A DNA stretch of 64,000 bases from Thermoanaerobaculia bacterium (GTDB lineage: Bacteria; Acidobacteriota; Thermoanaerobaculia; UBA5066). The number at the start of each line of letters is the position of its first letter. Positions within the stretch are counted from its first letter, which is position 1. The notes beneath the pieces were generated by a model. That model saw only the letters and a list, made by a program, of their open reading frames with translations, was not told where the DNA came from and made no database searches. The position numbers were made by a program, and so were the translations under genes. The DNA lies in assembly GCA_963719225.1 (NCBI GenBank), contig CAVRAY010000002.1, forward strand, positions 576,001 to 640,000, given 5' to 3'. Positions 37,408 to 46,867 of this stretch are shown one piece after another.

Positions 37408-38259
37408 GTGAAGAACCCCCACACGCTCGCCCGCGCGGGCGGCCGCGCGCCGCTCGCTCTCCGTCCCGTCACGATCGCCTGCGACGTCGTGCCCCACGCG
37501 GAGGGCTCGTGCGTCATCACGCAGGGTCGGACACAGGTCCACGTGACCGCGTCGGTCGAGGCGCGGGTCCCGCCGTTCCTGCAGAAGTCCGGGCTCGGCT
37601 GGATCACCGCCGAGTACGGGATGCTCCCGCGGGCGACGCACGAAAGGACGGCGCGCGAGGCGGCGCGCGGCAGGCAGGCGGGGCGCACGCTCGAGATCCA
37701 GCGCCTCATCGGGCGCGCGCTGCGGGGCGTCGCGGACCGCTCGGTCCTGGCGGACCGCACGATCACGCTCGACTGCGACGTTCTCGTCGCAGACGCCGGG
37801 ACCCGCTGCGCGTCCGTGACGGGCGCGTACGTCGCGCTCATGCTCGCGTGCGGGACGCTCTTCCGGGCGAAGGCGATCCGCGGGAACCCGCTCCGCGAGG
37901 CCGTCGCGGCCGTGTCGCTCGGCGTCGCGTCGGGCCCCGAGCCGGGAGCGCGGACCGTGCTCCTCGACCTCGATTACGCGGAGGACTCGACGGCGGAGGT
38001 CGACCTGAACGTCGTCGGGACATCCTCGGGGCGCTTCGTCGAGATCCAGGGGACCGCGGAGAAGGAGCCGTTCGACGAGGCGCTCCTCGGGGAGCTCCTC
38101 TCGGCCGCGCGCCGCGGCCTCGTCGAGCTCTTCCACGCGCAGCGCGCGGCTCTCGACGGGCGCGTGCCGGACGCGTGGCTCCCGGAGCCGCCTCAGGGCC
38201 GCGCGAAGAACGCGCGCAGGGCCTCGGCGAGCCGCGCGGGGTCCTCCAGAAGGGCGTAG
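37408..38259 (+). CDS. rph: Ribonuclease PH
   Basis: GWITAEYGMLPRAT, EIQRLIGRALR, DAGTRCAS, LDLDYAEDS. Confidence 0.96.
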   Translation: MKNPHTLARAGGRAPLALRPVTIACDVVPHAEGSCVITQGRTQVHVTASVEARVPPFLQKSGLGWITAEYGMLPRATHERTAREAARGRQAGRTLEIQRLIGRALRGVADRSVLADRTITLDCDVLVADAGTRCASVTGAYVALMLACGTLFRAKAIRGNPLREAVAAVSLGVASGPEPGARTVLLDLDYAEDSTAEVDLNVVGTSSGRFVEIQGTAEKEPFDEALLGELLSAARRGLVELFHAQRAALDGRVPDAWLPEPPQGRAKNARRASASRAGSSRRA

Positions 38260-38955
38260 TGCCCGCGGAGCGGGAGCTCGAGATAGGTCGCGTCCGGCCG
38301 CGCCCTCAGGATCTCCTTCGCGTCCTTCGGCGGAACGAGGGGGTCGAGGGCGCCCGCGACGACGAGGAGCGGCATGCGCGTGCCCACGAGGCGCTCGGCG
38401 AGAGGCGGAGCGCCGAGGACGCCGTCGACGGCCTTCTCCGTCGCGGCCGCGACGTTCTTGCGCGACGGGCCGGTCTGCGCTTCGACGGCGCGCGTGACGA
38501 ACGCGGCCTTGCCGGGCGCGTCGCCCTCGAAGCCGTACGCGGCGGCTCTCCTCAGGGAGGGCTCCGGGACGCTCTCGAGGACGGCGCGGCGCGACATCGC
38601 CTTCCACTTCAGCGTGTCCGTGAAGCCGTAGCGCGCGGACCCCGAGCGGGGAGACGAGCGCGACGGCCGCGACGCGGTCGGGCGCGAGAGCCGCCATCTC
38701 GCCGGCGACGCGCCCGCCGAGGGAGTGCCCGGCGATGCAGACGGGGTCCGGCCCGAGCGTCCCGAGGACCCAGCGGGCGAGCGAGCCGGGGTCGAGACCG
38801 TCCGAGGTCCGCGGGCCGCGGAAGGAGCCGGGCAGGTCGATCGCCTGGATCGCGAACCGCTTCGCGAGCGGGACGCCGGCGTCGGCCCAGTCGGCCGCGC
38901 ATCCGCCGAGCCCGTGGAGGAGGACGAGGGTCGGCTTCGACTTCTTCGCGGGCAT
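38193..38955 (-). CDS. Alpha/beta fold hydrolase (frameshifted near 38635-38650)
   Basis: LLHG and GHSLGG in one frame; GALDPLVP and GH..LLEDP in another. Confidence 0.8.
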
Positions 38956-38976
38956 CGCGGAGAATGCTAACGGAAT

Positions 38977-39051
38977 CGGGGCGTAGCGCAGCGGCAGCGC
39001 AGCTGCTTTGGGAGCAGCAGGTCGGCGGTTCGATCCCGCCCGCCCCGACCA
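38977..39051 (+). tRNA. tRNA-Pro(TGG)
   Basis: Full cloverleaf: CGGGGCG/CGCCCCG acceptor, GCTGC-TTTGGGA-GCAGC anticodon arm, TTCGATC loop, ACCA end. Confidence 0.97.
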
Positions 39052-39066
39052 TTGCGCCGCGGCGCG

Positions 39067-39843
39067 TCAGGTCTTCAGAAGGTCGAGGGGCGCCGGGGCT
39101 CCCGTGACCTCGCGGATCGCGGGGCCGACGAGCGCGACGTCGTCCGAGATAACGCTCCCCGCCCCGAGCCGTGCAAGCTGTCTCGCGAACTCGGCGTCGT
39201 TCACGGTCCAGCAGTGGACGGCGAGGCCTTCGGCCTTCGCTCGGGCGAAGAGCTCGTCGGTCACGAGCCCCGCCTGCGGGCCGATCGCGCCGCAGCCCTT
39301 CGGGAGGTCGGGCCAGAGAGCGCCCTCCGGGCGGCGGGCCGTCGCGTCGAAGTTCAGGCACGTCGCGACGCGCGGCTCGATCTCGCGGATGCGGCGCAGC
39401 ATGTCCGCCGAGAAGGAGAGGACGACGGCGCGGTCCAGAACGTGCATCTGGGAGAGGAGCGCGGCGACGCGGAACTCGAGGAGCCCGGTGCGCGGCGCGG
39501 GGCCCGGCTTGAGCTCGACGAGGTAGCGGCCGGCGGACCCGTAGCGGAGGAACACGTCGCGCAGCGTCGGGACGAAGCCGCGGAAGCCGCCGCGCTCGAC
39601 CGGCAGCTCCGTGAGCTCGGGGATCGTGACGGTCGCGAGCGGAACGCGGCGGCCGGCGAGGACGATCTCGGCGTCGTGCTGGACGACGGCCTCGCCGTCC
39701 TGCGTGAGGCGGACGTCCAGCTCGAACCCGTCGGCCCCGTCCGCCTCGGCGCGGTCGAAGCTCTCGAACGTGTTCTCGAGCGCCTTCGTCGGGGAGCCGC
39801 GGTGTCCGACGACACGCGTGACACCGCTCGCGAAGAAGTTCAT
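39067..39843 (-). CDS. Glycerophosphodiester phosphodiesterase
   Basis: GHRG, ENT, ELDV..T.DG, HD, ELK, WTVND. Confidence 0.93.
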   Translation of the reverse strand: MNFFASGVTRVVGHRGSPTKALENTFESFDRAEADGADGFELDVRLTQDGEAVVQHDAEIVLAGRRVPLATVTIPELTELPVERGGFRGFVPTLRDVFLRYGSAGRYLVELKPGPAPRTGLLEFRVAALLSQMHVLDRAVVLSFSADMLRRIREIEPRVATCLNFDATARRPEGALWPDLPKGCGAIGPQAGLVTDELFARAKAEGLAVHCWTVNDAEFARQLARLGAGSVISDDVALVGPAIREVTGAPAPLDLLKT

Positions 39844-39866
39844 CGGCTGCATTATCCTCGCGCTCC

Positions 39867-40841
39867 ATGCCGCGCGCACCGCGTACCCTGGCGGCGGGGC
39901 CGTTTCCGGTCCCGCTCGCGACGATCGACTGGCTCGTGTCGCGCGAAAATCCCGGCGTCCGCGTCGCGGCGCTGCGCGACCTGCTCGCGCGGCCGGCCCG
40001 GGACCCCGAGCTCCGCCGCGCGCGCCAGGCCCTCGTGCGCGACCCGTTCCTGCGCGACCTGCTCGCGCTCGCGCGCTCGCGCCTCGTGCCGGCGCCGCAG
40101 GTCCCGCTCGAGCGCCGGTACGACGGCGGAATGTGGCTCGCTCTCTTCCTGACGGAGCTCGGCGCGGACGAGATGCAGCCCGTCCTCCGGCACGCGGCCG
40201 ACGTCCTTCTCGCCCGCTGGGAGAAGGTCTTCGTCGAGATCGAGCGCGGACTCATCGAGGACCTCGACGCGCCGCTCTTCGCCTGCGCGCTCCGCGTCCT
40301 CGCGCGGACGGGGCGCGGCGGGGACCCGCGCGTCGTGCGGGGAGCCGAGGAGATCGCCCGCCGCGCGCGGACGGCGCGAGGCCGGGCCGTGAAGGACCTC
40401 CTCCTCCTCGGGGAACTGCCCGAGGAGGCGCGGACGGAGACGATCCGGGCGGCGATCGCGTTCCTCGATGCCCGCCTCGTCGAGGCCGAGATCCCCGCGG
40501 CGCTCGCCGCGGGCGCCACGCCGGAGATCCTGAAGGCGGGATATCCGTGCGCGGACGAGACGGACCTCTTCGAGATGCTCGCGGCGCTCCGGGCGGTGCG
40601 TGCCGCCTCCGGGCCCGTCGAGCCGAACGTCGAGCGCGCGCTCGCGGCGATGGCCGCCCGCGCGGACCACCGAGCCCGCTGGAAGCTCGAGCGCCCCCGG
40701 CCCGAGCGCCTTCCCCTCGTTCCGGAGCGCACGGGCGATCCCTCGCGGTGGGTCACCCTGCGCGCGCTCACGATCCTCCAGCACTTCCGCGGCCTCGCCG
40801 TCGCCGGCGCGGCCCCGCCCCGGAGGTCCCCGCGTAAATGA
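39867..40841 (+). CDS. Hypothetical helical protein (prenyltransferase-barrel-like C-terminus)
   Basis: IDWL...NPGVR..ALRDLL and G.PSRWVTLRAL motifs. Confidence 0.7.
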   Translation: MPRAPRTLAAGPFPVPLATIDWLVSRENPGVRVAALRDLLARPARDPELRRARQALVRDPFLRDLLALARSRLVPAPQVPLERRYDGGMWLALFLTELGADEMQPVLRHAADVLLARWEKVFVEIERGLIEDLDAPLFACALRVLARTGRGGDPRVVRGAEEIARRARTARGRAVKDLLLLGELPEEARTETIRAAIAFLDARLVEAEIPAALAAGATPEILKAGYPCADETDLFEMLAALRAVRAASGPVEPNVERALAAMAARADHRARWKLERPRPERLPLVPERTGDPSRWVTLRALTILQHFRGLAVAGAAPPRRSPRK

Positions 40842-41461
40842 GACGCCCCCACGCGTTCGTCCTTCCCGTCCTCCTCCTGTCCGTCGCCGGCCTTGCCGGC
40901 TGCGGCGTCGACTTCGTCGGCGGGCCCGTACGCGTCGCCACGCATGGCTACCGCGCCCGGGTCACGTTCAAGACGGACGGCCTCGAGACGGACTCGTACG
41001 AGATCGCCGTTCGGGGAGCGCTCCGGAGGAAGGGTCTCGGCGACGGCCCGGCGCTCATCGTGGACACGGCCGCGCGGAAGGCGTGGCGGGTCGCGGCCGG
41101 TGGCCGTTCCGCGGCGCCGGTCGAGTACGCCGAGGCTGAGAGGGAGTTGCCGCAGGGGATCCCGCTCGAGCCCGGCTTCGACGAGAAGAAAGAGGCCAGC
41201 CGGCGCAACGTCGCCGTTTACCACCGCGAGAGCGACGAGGTCTTTGCGGGACACGCCTGCGCCATCTGGCGGTTCGACGACGACCCTTCCGCCCTCAACT
41301 CTCCGACGACGACCTACTGGGTCGCGACCGACCTCGATCGTCTCGTCGTGCGCTGGGAGCGGGAGATCCCGTCCCCGGGCGGGAAGGGGACGAAGAATGT
41401 GATCAACCTCACCGACGTCCGCGTCGGGGCTCCCCCGAAACTGTTCGTCCCTCCCTCCTGA
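40838..41461 (+). CDS. Lipoprotein (LolA/DUF4412-like)
   Basis: LAGC lipobox; E.FAGHAC..W, YWVA.DL, P..LF.PP. Confidence 0.75.
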   Translation: MRRPHAFVLPVLLLSVAGLAGCGVDFVGGPVRVATHGYRARVTFKTDGLETDSYEIAVRGALRRKGLGDGPALIVDTAARKAWRVAAGGRSAAPVEYAEAERELPQGIPLEPGFDEKKEASRRNVAVYHRESDEVFAGHACAIWRFDDDPSALNSPTTTYWVATDLDRLVVRWEREIPSPGGKGTKNVINLTDVRVGAPPKLFVPPS

Positions 41462-41535
41462 GACACGGGCTCAGTTCTTGCTGTTATGCTCCGCGCCCTC
41501 CGGGGCAAATAGGAAATATCCGAGGAGTGTCTTCG

Positions 41536-42387
41536 ATGAACTGCACCAGAACGCTCACGGTCGCGCTCGGCGTCTTCGTCCTGGCCTTCACGGCCTCGGC
41601 CCAGACGCCCAAGGATCCGAAGTCGCCGATTCCCGGCTTTCCCGACGGCCGGGGCCCGACCGGCCCCGTCACGCTCAAGATCACCTCGCCGAAGCCGGAC
41701 GAGCTGATCCCGATCCCGCCCCCGGCGGCTGGACAGCCCGACGGCACCGGCGCGGCCGTCGAGGTCAAGCTCGAGCTGACGGGCTACGAGGCGTTCCAGG
41801 ACCCGGTGACGAAACGCGGCCAGTACGTCGCGCTCATGCTCGACAACTTCCCGACCGTCTTCGCGTACTACGACGTCGCCAAGCCGTGGCTCTTCAAGAA
41901 GGTTCCGAAAGGGACGCATCTGCTGCGGGCGTTCCCGATGCGCCCGTGGGGCGAGTCCATCAAGGAGGACAGCGCGTTCGCGACGGTCACGTTCTCCGTC
42001 GGCGAGAAGGACGGCAAGAACGTGAACCCGCCCGGCGCGCCGCTCCTCACCGTCGACTCGCCGCGCGGGAAGATCAAGGCCGACAACGGCCGGGTCCTCC
42101 TCGACTTCCTCGTCACGGGTTGCCTGATCGCCGACAAGACCGCCTCCGAAGCCGCGTGCCGCGTCCGCTACAAGATCGACACGGAGAAGGAAGTCACGCT
42201 CGACAAGGAAGACGCCGTTTGGCTCGAGAACGTCACGCCGGGCCGGCACGCCTGGGTCGTCGGGATCACGAAGGACGACAAGATCGTGCCGGGAGCGTTC
42301 ACGCTCGTCCAGGGCGCCTTCGACCTCGAGGCCCCGGCGAACGCCGCCCCGCCCGCGGCGCCGCAGGGGAAGGCGACCGGCCAGTAA
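41536..42387 (+). CDS. Secreted protein with two beta-sandwich domains
   Basis: GAGGAG RBS, signal peptide, GTH.LRAFP.RPWGESIK motif. Confidence 0.8.
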   Translation: MNCTRTLTVALGVFVLAFTASAQTPKDPKSPIPGFPDGRGPTGPVTLKITSPKPDELIPIPPPAAGQPDGTGAAVEVKLELTGYEAFQDPVTKRGQYVALMLDNFPTVFAYYDVAKPWLFKKVPKGTHLLRAFPMRPWGESIKEDSAFATVTFSVGEKDGKNVNPPGAPLLTVDSPRGKIKADNGRVLLDFLVTGCLIADKTASEAACRVRYKIDTEKEVTLDKEDAVWLENVTPGRHAWVVGITKDDKIVPGAFTLVQGAFDLEAPANAAPPAAPQGKATGQ

Positions 42388-42397
42388 AATCCCCCGG

Positions 42398-43423
42398 ATG
42401 AGCCTCGTCTACGGCCGCTCGGGGAGCGGCGAAACGGGCGTGCGGCCCTGCGCCGTCGATCCGCCTCTCGTCCTCGCTCCGATGGCGGGGATCACGGACA
42501 TGACGTATCGCCTGCTCCTGCGCCGCATCGGGGGAGTGGGTCTCGTGACGATGGAGTTCGTGTCGTCCGAGGGCCTCACGCGCGGGAACCGGCGGACGGA
42601 GCGCCTCCTGCGCTTCGATCCGGCCGAGCGGCCGCTCTCCGTCCAGATCTATGGAGCCGACGCCGAACGGATGGCGATCGCGGCCGCCCGCGTCGAGGAG
42701 ATGCAGGTCGACGCCTGCGACATCAACATGGGCTGCCCCGCGAACAAGGTGCTCAAGGGCTGCGCGGGGGCGGGCCTCATGCGCGACCTCGTCAAGGCGC
42801 GCGCGATCGTCGCGGCGTGCCGCAGGGCGCTCCCGACGACGCCGCTCACGGTCAAGTTCCGCCTCGGGTTGAGCGACGAGACGGAGAACTACCTCGAGCT
42901 CGGTCGCATCTGCGAGGGCGAGGGCGCCGCCGCCGTCGCGCTTCACGCACGGACCGCGAAGCAGATGTACACGGGCCGCGCCGACTGGTCGAAGATCGCG
43001 CGCCTGAAGGAGGCCGTCTCGATTCCGGTCGTCGGGAACGGGGACGTCTCCTCGGCGGACGACGTCCTCGCGATGTTCCGCGAGACCGGCTGCGACGCCG
43101 TGATGTGCGGCCGCGCGACGATGAAGAACCCGTGGATCTTCAAGCAGGCCGCCGACCTCCTCGCCGGCCGGCCCTGGCGCGAGGCGACGCTCGCGGAGCG
43201 GCGTGACGTCATCCTCGAGCACTTCCGCCTCATCCAGCGCGACCAGGAAGACCTGCCGAAGGCGATGATGTCGAAGCTCCGGACGTTCACGGCGTGGTAC
43301 ACGCACGGCCTCCCGAACGGGTCGGAGCTGCGCCGGCGGATCGGCAGCCTCGAGAGCCCGCAGGCGTTTCTCGACGCCGTCGAGGAGTTCTTCGAGACGC
43401 ACGCGGCAAGTGTCGCTGCCTGA
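42398..43423 (+). CDS. dusB: tRNA-dihydrouridine synthase
   Basis: LAPMAG, DINMGCP, TVKFRLG, HART, GNGDV. Confidence 0.92.
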   Translation: MSLVYGRSGSGETGVRPCAVDPPLVLAPMAGITDMTYRLLLRRIGGVGLVTMEFVSSEGLTRGNRRTERLLRFDPAERPLSVQIYGADAERMAIAAARVEEMQVDACDINMGCPANKVLKGCAGAGLMRDLVKARAIVAACRRALPTTPLTVKFRLGLSDETENYLELGRICEGEGAAAVALHARTAKQMYTGRADWSKIARLKEAVSIPVVGNGDVSSADDVLAMFRETGCDAVMCGRATMKNPWIFKQAADLLAGRPWREATLAERRDVILEHFRLIQRDQEDLPKAMMSKLRTFTAWYTHGLPNGSELRRRIGSLESPQAFLDAVEEFFETHAASVAA

Positions 43424-43472
43424 GGGCTCGCGAGTCGCGGCCTGAGCGCTCGCGCGCGGCGGCCTGACCCGC

Positions 43473-44906
43473 TCAGTACGTCTTCGGAACCGCGTCCTTC
43501 GCGAGCGGGCTCACGTAGGGCTTCCCGGCCGTCGCCTTCTGGAACTCGGCCTTCACGGCCGCGACCGTGGCGGGGTCGCCGAGGAGGTCCGTCGCCGAGG
43601 AGGCGAGGACTTTCGCGGCGACGAGCATCCCCTTGACGCCGATCGGGCTCGCGGAGCACGAGGCGACGTCCCAGTGGTGCCAGGGCGCCCCGACGGGAGC
43701 GGTCTCGACCGCGAGCTCGATGAGCGGGTACGCCGCGCTCACCTCCCCGGTGTCCGACGAGGCGCTCACCCCGCGCCCCTTGACGTACGGGAGGACGTCG
43801 GTCGCGAGTCCCTTCTCCGGGATTCCGACCTCCCTCTGGATCGACTTCGCGAGGGCCTGGTCGGCCGCGTCCCACTTCGGCGCGCCGATCCGTTCGAGAT
43901 TTCTCTGGACGACTCTCGAGAGCGTCTCGTTGTAGATCGGCTCGCGCGTCGAGGCGAGCACCGTGACCTTCGCGCGCGTCTCGGTCGCGAGGCCGGCGCC
44001 CTCGGCGGCCTTCCGGAGCCGCCCGACCATCTCGTTCACGTGGTCACCGTCCGCGTCGCGGACGAACCACTGGACGCGGGCGTAGTCCGGGATGATGTTC
44101 GCGGCGAGACCGCCGTCCTTGATGACCCGATGGAGGCGCGCCGTCGGCAGGACGTGCTCGCGCATGAGCGCCATCGCATGCTCGAACACCTCGACGGCGT
44201 CCAGAGAGCTGCGTCCGAGCCAGGGATTTGCGGCCGCGTGCGCCGTCTTCCCGAAGAACTCGACGTCGAGGGCCGTGATCGCGAGCCGGCCGCCCGAGTA
44301 GAGGTAGTTCTCGGACTCGGGGTGCCACGCGAGGACCACGTCCGTGCCCGCGAAGACCCCGTCGCGGAGCATGAACGTCTTGCCGAGGATCTGCTCCTCG
44401 GCGGGCGTTCCGTAGACGCGGATCGTGCCGGGCAGCTTTCGCGAGAGGCGGGCGTGATTCGCCGCGACCGCCGCCGCGACCGCGGCGGTCCCGAGGAGGT
44501 TGTGGCCGCAGCCGTGCCCGGGGGCGCCGGCGACGGCGGGGTCCTTCCGCGCCTCGCCTGCCTTCTGAGAGAGGCCCGGGAGCGCGTCGTACTCGGCGAG
44601 GATCGCGACGACCGGCGCGCCCGCGCCCGCGCTCGCGACGAACGCGGTCGGCATTCCGGCGACGCCCCGCGTCACGGTGAAGCCCTCCTTCTCGAGGATC
44701 TCCTCGAGGAGCGCGGACGACTTCGTCTCCTTGAGAGCCGTCTCGGCGTAGTCCCAGATCTTCCTCGAGACCTCCTCCCAGCGCGCCGCGTCCGCGTCGA
44801 GCAGCGCGTCGGTGGCCGCGGCGGACGGAGCGGACCGGGCAGCCGGGGCGGACGCGAGAGCGGCCGCGAGAGCGAGCGCGGTGGAGGGGCGGAAGGAGAT
44901 TTGCAT
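43473..44906 (-). CDS. M20 amidohydrolase (AbgB-like), secreted
   Basis: EYDALPGL, GHGCGHN, GTPAEE, WHP, AHAA..PW.GRS. Confidence 0.92.
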   Translation of the reverse strand: MQISFRPSTALALAAALASAPAARSAPSAAATDALLDADAARWEEVSRKIWDYAETALKETKSSALLEEILEKEGFTVTRGVAGMPTAFVASAGAGAPVVAILAEYDALPGLSQKAGEARKDPAVAGAPGHGCGHNLLGTAAVAAAVAANHARLSRKLPGTIRVYGTPAEEQILGKTFMLRDGVFAGTDVVLAWHPESENYLYSGGRLAITALDVEFFGKTAHAAANPWLGRSSLDAVEVFEHAMALMREHVLPTARLHRVIKDGGLAANIIPDYARVQWFVRDADGDHVNEMVGRLRKAAEGAGLATETRAKVTVLASTREPIYNETLSRVVQRNLERIGAPKWDAADQALAKSIQREVGIPEKGLATDVLPYVKGRGVSASSDTGEVSAAYPLIELAVETAPVGAPWHHWDVASCSASPIGVKGMLVAAKVLASSATDLLGDPATVAAVKAEFQKATAGKPYVSPLAKDAVPKTY

Positions 44907-44962
44907 CGGGCGCCTCCGAACGGGGGATGTGTCGCTTGAGAAAGACAGCATACGATGGCGGA

Positions 44963-46867
44963 ATGCGAAAGAGACTCGCACTGGGCCTGATCCTCGCCCT
45001 CTCCGGGGCGGCCCACGGACAGCCGGCGCCTCCCGCGGACGCCCAGAAGAGCCGGATCGACGCCCCCGGGACGTCCATTCCGCTCGACGTGCGCGAGCAG
45101 TACCTCGGCAGGACGGGCACGAAGACGGCGGTGAAGTTCATCCTCTCCGTGAGCCGCGCGGACCTGAGGGGGCCCGCGAGCTCGCCGCGCGTCGTCTCCT
45201 TCACGCTCTCCGGCGTCGTGAGCGACACGAAGGGCGGGAACGTCGACGCGTTCCGCATTCCCGCGGACGTCGACCTCGGCGCGGACGCGAGCGCGCCGGT
45301 CTCGATCACGTTTCTGAGGCCTCTCCCTTCGGGGACGTTCGAGGTGCAGTTCCGGCTCGAGGGCGCCCTGGGCCGCGCCGTCGCGACGCGCGCCGTGACG
45401 ATTTCCGTTCCGGAGATGACGTCCGAGTTCCGCGCCGAGGACGCCGGTACGGATGCGGGCGGCCTCCCGAGCGCGGCGGCCGTGGTCCTCGAGTCCGAGA
45501 ACCGGCAGGTCGCGCCGCCGGATGCGGGCAACCTCGTGAAGATCGTCGCGCCGCAGACGGAGGTCCCCGTCGGGCTGCTGAGGATCGGCTGCGAAGTGAA
45601 GCCGCCGGTCAGCCGCGTCGAGTTCTGGCTCGACGACCGCAAGGTCCTCGTCAAGAACCGCGCGCCGTACGAGGTCGAGCTGGACCTCGGAAAGGTCCCG
45701 AAGAAGCAGACGCTGAAGGCCGTCGGGTTCGACGCGCACGGGAACTTCGTGGACGCGGACGCGTGGGCGATCAACGAGAAGGACGCCCGCCTTTCCGTGC
45801 GCCTCCTCGAGCTGCCGAAGGAGAAGGCCACGGGCGACATGGTCGAGGTGAAGGTCGCGGTCCAGGCCATGGCGGGCGGCACGGCGACGAAGCTCGAGCT
45901 CTGGCTCGACGACCACAAGGTCAAGGAGTGGACCCGTCCGCCGTACGTCGCCATGGTGCCGACCGCGCAGATCCAGAAGGCGACGCTCATGCGCGCGACG
46001 GCGACGGACGAGTCGGGCAAGGAGTTCACGGACCTCAAGCTCCTCAAGGGCCAGTCGCGGTTCGTGTCCCGGATGGAGGTCGATCTCGTCGAGCTGCCCG
46101 TCTCCGTCTACGACGCCGAGGGGCACCTCGTGAAGGGCCTGACGAAGGAGGACTTCACGGTCACCGAGGACGCCGTGAAGCAGGAGCTCACGAGCTTCGA
46201 GTTCGCCGAGTCGCTCCCGCTGTCGCTCGGGATCGTGATCGACGGCTCGGGATCGATGAAGGACGCGATGCCGATCGTCCACCAGGCGGCCTCGGAGTTC
46301 GTCCAGAAGCTCGTCTCGAAGGAGAAGGACCAGGGGTTCGTCGTCGAGTTCCGCGAGCGCCCGACGCTGCTCGCGTCGCTCTCGCATGGCGCGCTCGATC
46401 TCGAGCGCGCGATCGCCGAGACGCACGCGGACGGCGCGACGGCCCTCTACGATGCCGTCGTGATGGCGCTCTACCAGTTCCGCGCCACGCCGGGCCGCAA
46501 GGCGGCCGTCGTCCTGACGGACGGCGACGACAACCACTCCTGGACGGACTACCCGACGCTGCGCCGCTACGCGCGCACGGCGGGCGTCCCGATCTATTTC
46601 ATCGGCCTCAACCTCTCCTTCCTCGAGACGGGAATCAAGGGGCGCATGCGCGAACTCGCGGCCGACACGGGCGCCGAGGCGTTCTTCGTGGGCAAGGCTG
46701 CCGCGCTTCCCGACGTCTACCGGACGATCGAGACGGAGCTGCGCTCGCAGTACTTCCTGAGGTACCTCACGAACTCCCAGAAGGGCGAGAACCAGTTCCG
46801 CGCGATCGAGGTGAGGCTCAAGGACCCGAAGCTGAGGGCGAAGACGATCCGCGGGTATTTCCCCTGA
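44963..46867 (+). CDS. Secreted VWA-domain protein (acidobacterial VWFA type) with Ig-like domains
   Basis: DGSGSM MIDAS, TALYDAV, LTDGDD, ELRSQY.L.Y. Confidence 0.92.
   Translation: MRKRLALGLILALSGAAHGQPAPPADAQKSRIDAPGTSIPLDVREQYLGRTGTKTAVKFILSVSRADLRGPASSPRVVSFTLSGVVSDTKGGNVDAFRIPADVDLGADASAPVSITFLRPLPSGTFEVQFRLEGALGRAVATRAVTISVPEMTSEFRAEDAGTDAGGLPSAAAVVLESENRQVAPPDAGNLVKIVAPQTEVPVGLLRIGCEVKPPVSRVEFWLDDRKVLVKNRAPYEVELDLGKVPKKQTLKAVGFDAHGNFVDADAWAINEKDARLSVRLLELPKEKATGDMVEVKVAVQAMAGGTATKLELWLDDHKVKEWTRPPYVAMVPTAQIQKATLMRATATDESGKEFTDLKLLKGQSRFVSRMEVDLVELPVSVYDAEGHLVKGLTKEDFTVTEDAVKQELTSFEFAESLPLSLGIVIDGSGSMKDAMPIVHQAASEFVQKLVSKEKDQGFVVEFRERPTLLASLSHGALDLERAIAETHADGATALYDAVVMALYQFRATPGRKAAVVLTDGDDNHSWTDYPTLRRYARTAGVPIYFIGLNLSFLETGIKGRMRELAADTGAEAFFVGKAAALPDVYRTIETELRSQYFLRYLTNSQKGENQFRAIEVRLKDPKLRAKTIRGYFP

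Noticed and set aside
38193-38259. Convergent 3' overlaps (rph/hydrolase; VWA/methyltransferase at 46818..46867)
   Set aside because: Short stop-codon drift is common in GC-rich genomes.
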